A DNA stretch of 64,000 nucleotides, from the NCBI GenBank assembly GCA_040006455.1, contig JBDTWY010000016.1:3834-67833 (forward strand), in the 5' to 3' direction. A model generated the notes under the pieces. It was not told the origin of the DNA. It saw only the letters and a program-made list of their open reading frames with translations, and did no database searches. Made by a program: the position numbers and the translations under genes. Source of the stretch: Betaproteobacteria bacterium. GTDB taxonomy: Bacteria; Pseudomonadota; Gammaproteobacteria; Burkholderiales; Casimicrobiaceae. Positions 11,765 to 21,270 of the stretch are shown here, in pieces (the stretch's first letter is position 1; the number at the start of each line of letters is the position of its first letter).

Positions 11765-12382
11765 ATGCGACGTTCATCGATGGCAATGACTATGACTATG
11801 ACTATGGCGCTGGCGCTGGCGGCGTCCACCGTTCCCGTCGCGGCGCAGCAGGCGGGTTCGCAGGCGCCCGATTTCACGCTCGCCGACACGGCAGGCAAGC
11901 CGGTGCACCTGTCCGACTACCGCGGCAAGTTCGTCGTGCTGGAGTGGACCAATCCGGAGTGCCCATTCGTGCAGTCGCACTACCAGGCGCGCACGATGCA
12001 GGGATTGCAGCAAACATGGGGCGCGAAGGACGTCGTCTGGCTGGCGATCAACTCAACGAACCAGCAGCATTCGGAGTACAAGCCGGCGGCGACGATGCAG
12101 GGCTGGATCAGGACGCAGGGCGCGGCGCCGAAGGCCGTGCTGATCGACGGCAGCAGCGCTGTCGGTCGCGCGTACGCGGCCAAGACGACGCCGCACATGT
12201 TCGTCGTCGACCCGGCGGGCAAGGTCGTTTACGACGGCGCGATCGACGACCATCGCTCGGCGCGCGCCGCCGCGCACAGCGCCACAGACAATTTCGTGCA
12301 GGCCGCGCTGACCGAGGCCACGGCCGGCAAGCCGGTAAAAGTCGCGAGCACGACGCCCTACGGCTGCTCGATCAAGTACTGA
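11765..12382 (+). CDS. secreted thioredoxin-fold redoxin/peroxiredoxin-like protein
   Basis: Signal peptide, then APDFTLADTAGKPVHLSDYRGKFVVLEWTNPECPFV (AhpC/TSA-redoxin-like N-terminus with a single Cys in CPFV), and a C-terminal YGCSIKY. Confidence 0.7.
   Translation: MRRSSMAMTMTMTMALALAASTVPVAAQQAGSQAPDFTLADTAGKPVHLSDYRGKFVVLEWTNPECPFVQSHYQARTMQGLQQTWGAKDVVWLAINSTNQQHSEYKPAATMQGWIRTQGAAPKAVLIDGSSAVGRAYAAKTTPHMFVVDPAGKVVYDGAIDDHRSARAAAHSATDNFVQAALTEATAGKPVKVASTTPYGCSIKY
11786..11818 (+). repeat. short tandem repeats (ATGACT)x3+ATG followed by (GCGCTG)x2 inside the signal-peptide coding region
   Basis: The sequence is atgactatgactatgactatggcgctggcgctg, encoding MTMTMTMALAL. Confidence 0.8.
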
Positions 12383-12417
12383 CATCCGTTTTCGGAAGGC
12401 CCGCCGGGGGGGAGCTG

Positions 12418-13881
12418 CTACCTCGAGACCTCCCACCAGCCGCCGCCCAGCGCGTCGAGCAGCGCCGCGGTGTCGGCGAAGCGCGCCGCGGTGGCTTCGT
12501 CGCGCGCCAGTTCGGCATCGAGGCGCGTGCGCTCGGCGTCGAGCAGCGCGAGCTGGCTCACCCCCCCCAGGTCGTAGCGCTGCCGCGTGATGTCCGATGC
12601 GCGCCGCGCGGCGTCCGCCTGCTCGCTGCGCGCCGCAAGCGCCTGTGAATCGGCTTCGAGTGCGCGCAGCGTGTCGGCGACGTCCTGCAGCGCGTGCAGC
12701 ACGCTGTCACGATACGTGGCCTTGGCGGCGTCGAATGCAGCGATCGCGGCGCGCCGGCGCGCCGCGAGCTCGGGCCCGCGCAGCAGCGGTTGCGCGAGGT
12801 CGAGGCCGATGCTCCAGATGTTGATGCCGTTGGCGATGTCGGCGAGGCGCGTGCGCGACGACGATGCATTGCCGGAAAAGTTGAACTGCGGATAGAGGTT
12901 CGCGGTGGCGACGCCGATGTCGGCGCTGGCGCGATGCAGCAACGCCGCGCTGGCGCGCACGTCCGGCCGGCGCTGCGCGAGTTGCGAGGGCAGCGTCAGC
13001 GGAATCTGCGGTGGCAGCGTGAAGTCGGCGAGCATGAACGGCGGCGCCGTGGCGGTCGCAGGCTCGCGACCCGCGTACACGGCGAGGCGATGCACGGTGC
13101 GCGCCAGCTCGGCGCGCAGTGGCGGCAGCCGCGCGTCGGTCTGCGCGACCAGCGCGCGCTGGCTCGCGAGCTCGACTTCGGCGATCGCGCCCAGATCGAA
13201 GCGCTTCTGCGCGATGGCCAGCGTGTCGTGTTGCGCGGCGGCGATGCGTTCCAGCGTCGCGATCTGCGTTGCCAGCGACGCCTGGCGCAGCGCGGTGGTG
13301 ACGACGTTGGCGGCGAGCGTGCGTTGCGCGGCCTCGAGCTCGTAGCGGCGATAGTCAACGTCGGCGGCGAGGCCCTCGAGCGCGCGGCGCGTGCCGCCGA
13401 AGACGTCGAACGCGTAGGAAACGTCGACGCCGACGTTGTACAGGGTGAACGGACCGGGTGTCGGCACTCCCGTCAAACCCATCGCCGCCGGATCGATGCG
13501 CTGGCGCTCGATGCCGGCGCGCAGGTTGGCGCTGGGCCATGCCACGGCGTCGCCGGCCGCGCCGCGTTCCTCCTGGGCGCGCACGAGGCGCGCGCGCGCG
13601 GCGTCCAGCATCGGGCTCGCGGCGAGCGCGTCGCCCACCAACGCGTCGAGTCGCGGCGACGCGAACATCGTCCACCAGTCGGCGCGAATGTCATCGGCGC
13701 CGACGATGCGCTGCGTGACACCCGCCGCCTGCAGCGTCGCCGGCGCCGCGCCGGGCACGTACTGCGCGGCCGATGCGGATTGCGGCCCGTGATAGTCCGG
13801 ACCGACGGTGCAGGCGGCGAGGCTCGCCAGCGCGCCGCACGTGGCGATCAGCCGCAAGCGGCAGGTGAATGTCGTCGCCAT
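12418..13881 (-). CDS. efflux outer-membrane factor lipoprotein, NodT family
   Basis: 487 aa with lipobox (LASLAAC). Two OEP/TolC-like repeats rich in A/L/R/Q coiled segments. Last gene of an efflux operon. Confidence 0.85.
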   Translation of the reverse strand: MATTFTCRLRLIATCGALASLAACTVGPDYHGPQSASAAQYVPGAAPATLQAAGVTQRIVGADDIRADWWTMFASPRLDALVGDALAASPMLDAARARLVRAQEERGAAGDAVAWPSANLRAGIERQRIDPAAMGLTGVPTPGPFTLYNVGVDVSYAFDVFGGTRRALEGLAADVDYRRYELEAAQRTLAANVVTTALRQASLATQIATLERIAAAQHDTLAIAQKRFDLGAIAEVELASQRALVAQTDARLPPLRAELARTVHRLAVYAGREPATATAPPFMLADFTLPPQIPLTLPSQLAQRRPDVRASAALLHRASADIGVATANLYPQFNFSGNASSSRTRLADIANGINIWSIGLDLAQPLLRGPELAARRRAAIAAFDAAKATYRDSVLHALQDVADTLRALEADSQALAARSEQADAARRASDITRQRYDLGGVSQLALLDAERTRLDAELARDEATAARFADTAALLDALGGGWWEVSR

Positions 13882-13882
13882 G

Positions 13883-15040
13883 TCAGTCGAGCGTGCGCCG
13901 GTAGAACAGCAGCGCGATCGTCATCACGATCGTGGTGAACACGATCAGCGGCCACGTGTCGGGCCACAGGTCGACCCAGCCATTGCCCTTGAGCAGGATG
14001 CCGCGCACCAGCCGGTTGAAGTGCGTCAGCGGCAATACGGTGCCGATCGCGCGCGCCCATTCGGGCATTCCCTGGAACGGAAACATGAAGCCCGATAACA
14101 GGATGTTGGGCAGGAAGTAGAAGAACGTCAGCTGCATCGCCTGCAGCTGGTTGGCCGCCAGCGACGACAGCGTGATGCCGACGGTCAGGTTGGCGGCGAT
14201 GAACAGCAGTGACGACACGTACAGCGCGGCGATGCTGCCGACGAACGGCACGCCAAATATCAGGTATGCGGCGATAAGGATGATCGTCGCCTGCGTGAGG
14301 CCGATCGCGACGTACGGCACGATCTTGCCGCTCATCACCTCGAGCGGCGTCGCCGGCGTGGCGAGCAGGTTTTCCATCGTGCCGCGCTCGCGCTCGCGGG
14401 TGATCGCAAGGCCGGTCATCATCACCATCGTCATCGTCAGGATCACGCCCATCAATCCCGGCACGATGTTGTACTGCGTGATGTTCTCGGGGTTGTACAG
14501 CCGGTGCACGTCGATCGCGAATGGCGGCGGCGCAGCCCCCAGCGCGGCGAGCGGGCCGCGCAGGTCCTTGACGGCCACGCTTTGCACGATGCCACCCGCG
14601 GTGGCGAGCGCCATCGACGTCGCCAGCGGATCGGTGGCGTCGGCCTCGATCAGCAGCGACGGTCGCTCGCCGCGCGCGAGTCGTCGCGAAAAGTCGGGCG
14701 GGATGCTCAGCACGAATTGCACACGCCCCTGCGCCAGTGCGTGACGCGCGGCGGCTTCGTCGTCGAGGCCGTCGACGATGCGGAAGTAGTCGGACGCCTG
14801 CAGCGCCGCCACCACCGAGCGCGTGAACTCGCTCGAGTCCGCGACCAGCAACGCCGTGGGCATCTGCCGTGGATCGGTGTTGATCGCGTAGCCGAACAGC
14901 GTCAGCTGGACGATCGGGATGCCGATGATCATCGCGAAGGTGATGCGGTCGCGGCGGAGCTGCAGGAACTCCTTCAGCACGATGCTCCACCAGCGTGCGA
15001 ACGAGAACGCCGCGCCTTCGCGCCGGCGGCGCGGTTTCAT
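13883..15040 (-). CDS. ABC-2 type transporter permease (YbhS/YhhJ-like)
   Basis: 385 aa with an N-terminal TM, a large periplasmic loop, then 5 TM segments. Overlaps the upstream ATPase gene. Confidence 0.85.
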   Translation of the reverse strand: MKPRRRREGAAFSFARWWSIVLKEFLQLRRDRITFAMIIGIPIVQLTLFGYAINTDPRQMPTALLVADSSEFTRSVVAALQASDYFRIVDGLDDEAAARHALAQGRVQFVLSIPPDFSRRLARGERPSLLIEADATDPLATSMALATAGGIVQSVAVKDLRGPLAALGAAPPPFAIDVHRLYNPENITQYNIVPGLMGVILTMTMVMMTGLAITRERERGTMENLLATPATPLEVMSGKIVPYVAIGLTQATIILIAAYLIFGVPFVGSIAALYVSSLLFIAANLTVGITLSSLAANQLQAMQLTFFYFLPNILLSGFMFPFQGMPEWARAIGTVLPLTHFNRLVRGILLKGNGWVDLWPDTWPLIVFTTIVMTIALLFYRRTLD

Positions 15041-16014
15041 GCGCCGGCTCCGTTACCATCGCCGGCGTTGCGCATCATGTGGATGAACACGTCCTCGATG
15101 CTGGTGTCGATGCGCAGCAGCTTGACGTCGGTGCCAGCGATCGCGTCGCGCAACGTCGCCTCGAGCGCACCGCCCGCTGCACCTGTCGCGTGCAGCGCGC
15201 CGCCGAACGCCGCGGTCTCGTCGACGCCCGGCAGTTGCGCGACGCGCGCCGCCAGCGACACCTGGTCGCCGCCGGTCAATTCGAAGGTCTCCAGATGCTG
15301 GCTGGCGATGATGTCGACGGCAGTGCCTTGCGCGAGCAGCCTGCCGTCGGCGATGTAGGCGAGCTTGTGGCAGCGCTCGGCTTCGTCCATGTAGTGCGTG
15401 CTGACCAGCACCGAGATGCCTTGGCCGGCGAGCTTGTGCAACTCTTCCCAGAATTCGCGCCGCGCGTTGGGGTCGACGCCGGCGGTGGGCTCGTCGAGCA
15501 GCAGCAGCTGCGGCCGGTGCAGCATGCACGCAGCAAGGGCCAGGCGCTGCTTCCAGCCGCCCGACAGCTCGCCGGTCAACTGCTCGGCGCGCTTCGCGAG
15601 GCCGAGTCCTTCGAGCGCTGCCGTCACCGCGCGCTTGCGATCCGGCATCTCGAACACGCGCGCGATGAAATCGAGGTTCTCGCGGATCGTCAGGTCTTCC
15701 CAGTAGGAAAAGCGCTGCGTCATGTAACCGACGTGGCGCTTGATCGACTCCGCCTCGGCGAGGATATCGAAGCCGAGGCAATGGCCGCTGCCGGCGTCGG
15801 GCGTCAGGAGCCCGCACATCATGCGAATCGACGTCGTCTTGCCGCTGCCATTGGGGCCCAGGAAGCCGAAGATCTCGCCGCGCTGCACGGTGAGCGACAG
15901 CCCCTTGACCACTTCCTTGTCGCCGAAGCGCTTGTGCAGGTCGTGCACGTCGACCGCGGGCGCGCCGGCGCTGGCGTCGCGCCGCTCCGCGATGCTCGCT
16001 GCGGGCGCCGTCAT
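15037..16014 (-). CDS. ABC transporter ATP-binding protein
   Basis: Walker A GPNGSGKTT, signature LSGGWKQRL, Walker B LLLLDEPTAGVD. Confidence 0.9.
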   Translation of the reverse strand: MTAPAASIAERRDASAGAPAVDVHDLHKRFGDKEVVKGLSLTVQRGEIFGFLGPNGSGKTTSIRMMCGLLTPDAGSGHCLGFDILAEAESIKRHVGYMTQRFSYWEDLTIRENLDFIARVFEMPDRKRAVTAALEGLGLAKRAEQLTGELSGGWKQRLALAACMLHRPQLLLLDEPTAGVDPNARREFWEELHKLAGQGISVLVSTHYMDEAERCHKLAYIADGRLLAQGTAVDIIASQHLETFELTGGDQVSLAARVAQLPGVDETAAFGGALHATGAAGGALEATLRDAIAGTDVKLLRIDTSIEDVFIHMMRNAGDGNGAGA

Positions 16015-16982
16015 TGCAGGATGACGCTCACCGGCTGGCCCGGATGCAGGCGTGGCGTCGCGGCATTGCTTGGGCGCGCCTCGACCATGAACACGAGCTT
16101 CGCGCGCGTGTCGTTGCTGTAGATGATCGGCGGCGTGTACTCGGCCTCGGCCGAGATCCAGGTGACGGTCGCCGCGATGTCGGCGTCGCAGCCATCGCAG
16201 CGGATCGTCACCGCCTTGCCGACGCCGAACGTGCCGAGCACCGGCTGCGGCACGAAGAAGCGCAGCTTGAGGTTTTCAGGCGGCAGCAGCTTGACGACCG
16301 GCGCACCCGCACTGACGTATTCGCCGGGCTGGTACAGCGTGTCCTGCACCTGTGCTGCGCGCGTCGCCGCAACGCGCGTCTGGCGCTGGCGCCAGTCGGC
16401 CTGGTCGACGACCGCCTGCGCGGCCGCCACCTGCGACGCCTGCGCGCGGATCTGCGCGTCGCGGCTCGGCAGCGTCGCCACCGTCATCTGGCTTTGCACC
16501 TGGCGCACGCGCGCGACATCGGCGTCATGCAGCGCGCGACTGTCGTCGAGCGTTGCGCGCGAGATGCCGCCGACCTGGTATTGGGCTTCGTTGCGCGCGA
16601 GCGCGAGCGCCGACTTGCGCTCGCCGGCCTGCGCTTCGACGAGTTGCGCACGCGTGACGTCGACCTCGGGCGCGCGCTTGCCGGCGCGCAGATCGGCGAG
16701 CGTCGCCTGCGCCGCCTTGAGCTGTGCTTCAGCCTGCGCGAGCATCGCCGCCTCGTTGTCGGATTCCAGCGTGAAGAGCGGCGCGTCGGCGGCGATCGTG
16801 TCGCCGCGCTTGACGGCGAGCGAGTCGAGACGCCCGGCGATCGAGGCGCCAACGTAGACGAACTCGCCTTCGACATAGCCCTGGTATCCGGGCGGCGCCG
16901 GATGGCCGCAACCGGCAAGCGCCACCATCGCGATCACGGCCAACGGCAGCACCGCGTGGCGGGAGTTGCGGTCGATGCTCAT
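16011..16982 (-). CDS. HlyD-family periplasmic adaptor (membrane fusion protein)
   Basis: Start set at the internal ATG (MSIDRNSRHAVLPLAVIAMVALAGC) overlapping the tetR stop (ATGA). Barrel-sandwich, coiled-coil and beta-barrel layout. The upstream part of the track ORF (to 17315) lies inside tetR. Confidence 0.85.
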   Translation of the reverse strand: MSIDRNSRHAVLPLAVIAMVALAGCGHPAPPGYQGYVEGEFVYVGASIAGRLDSLAVKRGDTIAADAPLFTLESDNEAAMLAQAEAQLKAAQATLADLRAGKRAPEVDVTRAQLVEAQAGERKSALALARNEAQYQVGGISRATLDDSRALHDADVARVRQVQSQMTVATLPSRDAQIRAQASQVAAAQAVVDQADWRQRQTRVAATRAAQVQDTLYQPGEYVSAGAPVVKLLPPENLKLRFFVPQPVLGTFGVGKAVTIRCDGCDADIAATVTWISAEAEYTPPIIYSNDTRAKLVFMVEARPSNAATPRLHPGQPVSVILQ

Positions 16983-17653
16983 CGCGGTGTCCTCTTCGGC
17001 GCGTTGATCGTGCCCGTCAATCCGTGGCGCAACACCGCATGCGCGTGGCGGCGCAACTGCGCGGTCGACAGCTTCGCGCCACCGGGAAATTTTTTCCATA
17101 ACGGTCGCGTGGCGAGCGGGAACAACGTGGCGCCGGCGAGCGACAGGAACGCGAACCCGGGCTCGATGTCCGCAGTGATCTCGCCGCGCCTTCGCCCGCG
17201 CGCCAGATGCTCGATCAGCGCGCCGATCATCTGCACGGGCAGGTGCCGGAGCATGCGGTCGCGCAACAGGCCGCCGCCACTGACGACGTCGCGGATCCAG
17301 ATCGGCGGCATCCACGGCATGCGCTGCGCGGCGTCGAACACGCCGTCGACCAGCGCGTCGACGAGCTCTTCCAGCGATGCCGACGGGCCGGGCAGCTTGC
17401 GCAACGCGTATGCGACGAAACGCGACAGCCGCTCGTCGACGACGGCTTCCAGCAGTTGCTCGCGTGGACGGAAATAGTAGTGGACGAGCGCCGGCGTCAC
17501 GCCGGCGCGTGCGGCGATCTCGGCGGTGGTGGTCGCCGCGACGCCCTTTTCGGCGAACAGCGCGACTGCGGCGTCGAGCAGCGCCTCGCGCGCCTCCGGG
17601 TGCGCGTGCTGGACCGGGCGGCCGCGCGTGCGGCGGCGGGCAGGGGTGGCCAT
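16979..17653 (-). CDS. TetR/AcrR-family transcriptional regulator
   Basis: N-terminal HTH region EALLDAAVALFAEKGVAATTTAEIAARAGVTPALVHYYF. First gene of the efflux operon. Confidence 0.85.
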   Translation of the reverse strand: MATPARRRTRGRPVQHAHPEAREALLDAAVALFAEKGVAATTTAEIAARAGVTPALVHYYFRPREQLLEAVVDERLSRFVAYALRKLPGPSASLEELVDALVDGVFDAAQRMPWMPPIWIRDVVSGGGLLRDRMLRHLPVQMIGALIEHLARGRRRGEITADIEPGFAFLSLAGATLFPLATRPLWKKFPGGAKLSTAQLRRHAHAVLRHGLTGTINAPKRTPR

Positions 17654-17662
17654 CGCCCGTAT

Positions 17663-17684
17663 ATTAATTACCTTGTTAATTAAT
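17663..17684. promoter_or_regulatory. AT-rich perfect inverted repeat ATTAATTA-N6-TAATTAAT, candidate TetR operator
   Basis: The only strongly AT-rich island in the neighbourhood. It starts 10 bp upstream of the tetR ATG, in the tetR/lysE divergent region. Confidence 0.4.
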
Positions 17685-17762
17685 TGTCAAGGGCGGTGGC
17701 GCCGTCGTCGCGTGCGCAGCGCGATGCTAGAGTCGGCACTTCGCACCGACAATCACGCAACG

Positions 17763-18392
17763 ATGTCGCTCCAAACCTGGCTCGCTTTCCTTGTCGCCGC
17801 CTGGCTGATCAGCCTGTCGCCGGGCGCGGGCGCGGTGTCGTGCATGACGGCCGGCATGCGTCATGGTTACCGGCACGCGCTGTGGAATATCGTCGGGCTG
17901 CAGCTCGGCATCCAGCTCGTGCTCTGCGTCGTCGCCGCGGGGCTGGGCGCGTTGCTCGCCGCGTCGACGCTCGCGTTCACGACCGTCAAGTGGATCGGCG
18001 CGCTCTACCTCGTCTACCTCGGCATCCAGCAATGGCGCGCGGCCCCCCAGGCTCTGCAGCCGGCCGGCACCGACATCGGTGACGGCTCGGCGCGCCAGCT
18101 CGTGCTGCGCGGCTTCCTCGTCAATGCCACCAATCCCAAGGGCATCCTTTTCATGCTGGCGGTGCTGCCGCAGTTCATCGACCCTGCGCGACCGCAGCTC
18201 ATTCAGTACGCGATCTGCGGTGCGACGCTGTTCGTCACCGACACCGTGGTGATGAGCGGCTACACGGCGTTTGCGTCACGCGTGCTGACGCTGCTGCGGG
18301 GAGACGGCGCGCGGCGCTGGATGAACCGCAGCTTCGGCACGATGTTCATCGCCGCGGGCGCGGTGATGGCGACGTTCAGGCGCGCGGTCTGA
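17763..18392 (+). CDS. LysE/RhtB-family amino-acid exporter
   Basis: Start at MSLQTWLAFLVAAWLISLSPGAGAV (typical family N-terminus). About 209 aa with 6 TM segments. Confidence 0.8.
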   Translation: MSLQTWLAFLVAAWLISLSPGAGAVSCMTAGMRHGYRHALWNIVGLQLGIQLVLCVVAAGLGALLAASTLAFTTVKWIGALYLVYLGIQQWRAAPQALQPAGTDIGDGSARQLVLRGFLVNATNPKGILFMLAVLPQFIDPARPQLIQYAICGATLFVTDTVVMSGYTAFASRVLTLLRGDGARRWMNRSFGTMFIAAGAVMATFRRAV

Positions 18393-18431
18393 AGCCGGCG
18401 CGGCGCCGCCGCGCCACTTGCCGTACGCACG

Positions 18432-19307
18432 TCAGCGCAGCGCCAGCGTCACGCCGATCGGCACGAACACCAGCGACATGAGGTTGCCGATGAGAACGAT
18501 CGACGCGACCTTGCCGGGCTCCTGGTCGAACTGCTCGGCGACCATGAAGTTGAGCACCGCGGGCGGCAGGCAGCCGAACAGGAACAGCAGCCCCGTCTGC
18601 TGCTTGTCGAGACCCAGCACCGGCGCCAGCAGCGCCGCCATCGCGAGCCCGGTCAGCGCGCACGCGGCGCCGCCGATCGCGCCGAGCCGCCAGTCGCCGC
18701 GCGCGAGATGCGTCAGGCGCACGCCGAGCGATATCAGCATCACCGGCACCAGCGCGTCACCGACCATCGTGATCGCGGTGGCGAGCCAGTCGGGCATCGG
18801 CGGGTGCGCCAGCGCGAATGCGAAGCCGGCGAACGTCGCCAGCACCATCGGCGTGCGCAGCAGCTTGCCGATGCGCGCGTGGTGATCGATCATCCACACG
18901 CCGACGGTGAAGTGCAGCAGGTTGGAGATCGTGAACAACGCGACCATCGACGAGAAGCCGGCGGCGCCGAATGCGAGCGCCGCGAGCGGCAGGCCGACGT
19001 TGCCGCAGTTGTTGAACATCATCGGCGGCAGGAACGTGCGGTGGTCCTCGCGCAGCAATCGCGCCACCGGCCACGCGAGCAGTCCCGACCCCAGCACGAC
19101 ACCCACGCTCGCGACCATCAGCACGCGGCTTTCGTGGAAATCGAAATTCCTGCTCGACAACGCTGAAAAGATCAGCGCCGGGCCCAGCACGTTCATGCTG
19201 AGGCGATTGACGGTCAGCATGTCGGGCTTGTTGCGCCGGCCCCACGCATAGCCCAGCGCGATCACCAGGAACACCGGCAGGATGATGCCGGCGAGCCGCG
19301 CGATCAC
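18432..19307 (-). CDS. AEC-family (auxin efflux carrier) membrane transporter
   Basis: 291 aa polytopic protein with N-terminus (M)[19 protein letters not shown], typical of the family. The start codon is GTG, overlapping the hslU stop. Confidence 0.8.
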   Translation of the reverse strand: MIARLAGIILPVFLVIALGYAWGRRNKPDMLTVNRLSMNVLGPALIFSALSSRNFDFHESRVLMVASVGVVLGSGLLAWPVARLLREDHRTFLPPMMFNNCGNVGLPLAALAFGAAGFSSMVALFTISNLLHFTVGVWMIDHHARIGKLLRTPMVLATFAGFAFALAHPPMPDWLATAITMVGDALVPVMLISLGVRLTHLARGDWRLGAIGGAACALTGLAMAALLAPVLGLDKQQTGLLFLFGCLPPAVLNFMVAEQFDQEPGKVASIVLIGNLMSLVFVPIGVTLALR

Positions 19308-20632
19308 AGGATGTAGCGCGCGAGGTTGTCGTCGCCGGCGATGCCGGCCAGCCGCTGGTCGACGTAGCCGGCGTCGATCTCGACCGTCTGCCGGTCGTAC
19401 TTCGTCGCATGAAAAGAGATGTCGTCGAGCAGGCGCTCCATCACCGTGTAGAGCCTGCGCGCGCCGATGTTCTCCTGCTTTTCGTTGACGGCGAAAGCGA
19501 TCTCCGCGAGGCGCCGCACGCCATCGACGGTGAACTGGATGTCGACGTTCTCGGTGCGCATCAGCGCCGCGTACTGGCGCGTCAGGCAGGCATCGGTGGC
19601 GGTGAGGATCTGCTCGAAGTCGGCGACCGACAGCGAATCGAGCTCGACGCGGATCGGAAAGCGTCCCTGCAGCTCGGGGATCAGGTCGGACGGCTTCGAC
19701 AGGTGGAATGCGCCCGACGCGATGAACAGCACGTGGTCGGTGCGGATCGGCCCGTACTTGGTCGTCACCGACGTGCCTTCGACGAGCGGCAACAGGTCAC
19801 GCTGCACGCCTTGGCGCGACACGTCGGCGCCGTGCATTTCCGAGCGCGACGCGATCTTGTCGATCTCGTCGAGGAACACGATGCCATTCTGCTCGGCGTT
19901 GACGAGCGCGCGCGCCTTGATCTCGTCGTCGTTGAGGAGCTTGCCGGCTTCCTCGTCGGTCAGCGCCTTCTGCGCATCGGGAATCTTCATCTTGGAAAGC
20001 TTGCGCCGGCCGCTGCCGAGCTGCTGGAACATGCCCTGCAGCTGCGACGTCAGGTCCTCCATCCCGGGCGGCGCCATGATCTCCATCTGCGACGGCAGCA
20101 TCGACACCTCGACGTCGATCTCCTTGTCGTCGAGCTGGCCTTCGCGCAGCATCTTGCGGAATTTCTGCCGCGTGGCGTTGTCGGTTGGCTTCATGTCGTG
20201 GAAGTTGACCTCGCGCGTCGGCGGCAGCAGCGCATCGAGGATGCGCTCCTCGGCAGCGTCGGCGGCGCGGTCGCGCACCTTGCGCATCTCGACTTCCCGC
20301 GTCTGCTTGATCGCCACCTCGACCAGGTCGCGGACGATCGTGTCGACGTCGCGGCCGACGTAGCCCACTTCGGTGAACTTGGTCGCCTCGACCTTGACGA
20401 ACGGCGCATCGGCGAGGCGCGCGAGACGGCGTGCGATCTCCGTCTTGCCGACGCCGGTGGGGCCGATCATCAGGATGTTCTTGGGCGTGATCTCCTGGCG
20501 CAGCGGCTCCGGCACCTGCTGGCGACGCCAGCGGTTGCGCAGCGCGATCGCGACCGCGCGCTTGGCGCGATCCTGGCCGACAATGTGCTTGTCGAGTTCG
20601 GAGACGATTTCCTCCGGCGTCATGTTCGACAT
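19304..20632 (-). CDS. hslU: ATP-dependent protease ATPase subunit HslU
   Basis: [34 protein letters not shown], Walker [26 protein letters not shown]. Full-length at 442 aa. Confidence 0.97.
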   Translation of the reverse strand: MSNMTPEEIVSELDKHIVGQDRAKRAVAIALRNRWRRQQVPEPLRQEITPKNILMIGPTGVGKTEIARRLARLADAPFVKVEATKFTEVGYVGRDVDTIVRDLVEVAIKQTREVEMRKVRDRAADAAEERILDALLPPTREVNFHDMKPTDNATRQKFRKMLREGQLDDKEIDVEVSMLPSQMEIMAPPGMEDLTSQLQGMFQQLGSGRRKLSKMKIPDAQKALTDEEAGKLLNDDEIKARALVNAEQNGIVFLDEIDKIASRSEMHGADVSRQGVQRDLLPLVEGTSVTTKYGPIRTDHVLFIASGAFHLSKPSDLIPELQGRFPIRVELDSLSVADFEQILTATDACLTRQYAALMRTENVDIQFTVDGVRRLAEIAFAVNEKQENIGARRLYTVMERLLDDISFHATKYDRQTVEIDAGYVDQRLAGIAGDDNLARYIL

Positions 20633-20724
20633 GGCGATGCGTCTGTCAGGTGGGATGCGATGACGGATTGTACGTCGCGCGCGTCGCGCGTCCGGCGCGA
20701 CGCGTGCCGTATCATGCGCGGGTC

Positions 20725-21270
20725 ATGCATGCGCTTTCCTCATCCGTGCTCCTGCGCTCCATCGCCGCCGCCGCCTGCCTGACCCTCGCCGCCTGCGGTG
20801 GCTTCGACTGGTTATCGACGTCGATCCGCGGATCCGGTGCCGGCGTGCAGGCGGTGCTGAAGCCGGTGGGCGGCAGCTCGGGACGCGCCGACGCGACGTT
20901 CGTCGATCGCGGCAACGGCGTGTTCATGACGATATTCCTCACCAACCTGCCGCCGGGCGCGTATCGCGTGGCGATCCACCGCGACTCCAACTGCACGTCG
21001 CCCAATCTTTTTTCCGCGGGCCCGGCGTGGGCGCCGGCGGGCAGCGTGGTCGCGCCGCAGGAGCTGCTGCCGGTGTTCCGCGTCGACTCCAATGGTGACG
21101 CCACCTTGACGGCGCAGGTTCCTGGCGTGCGCACCACGGGTCCCGACAGCCTGCAGGGACGATCGGTCGTGCTGCATGCGGGAACGCGCGTCGACGAGGC
21201 CCTTCCCGGCGTGCCCAACAATCGCGTGCTGTGCGGCGTCATCGGCGCACCGCAGTCGTTCCTTTCCTGA
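20725..21270 (+). CDS. SodC-like (Cu/Zn-superoxide-dismutase fold) lipoprotein lacking most metal ligands
   Basis: Lipobox LTLAAC. Aligns by eye to the SodC frame (AIHRDSNC ... GRSVVLHAG ... NRVLCGVIG), but the His-x-His, bridging His and Zn loop are absent. Start taken at the internal ATG (MHALSSS). Confidence 0.65.
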   Translation: MHALSSSVLLRSIAAAACLTLAACGGFDWLSTSIRGSGAGVQAVLKPVGGSSGRADATFVDRGNGVFMTIFLTNLPPGAYRVAIHRDSNCTSPNLFSAGPAWAPAGSVVAPQELLPVFRVDSNGDATLTAQVPGVRTTGPDSLQGRSVVLHAGTRVDEALPGVPNNRVLCGVIGAPQSFLS

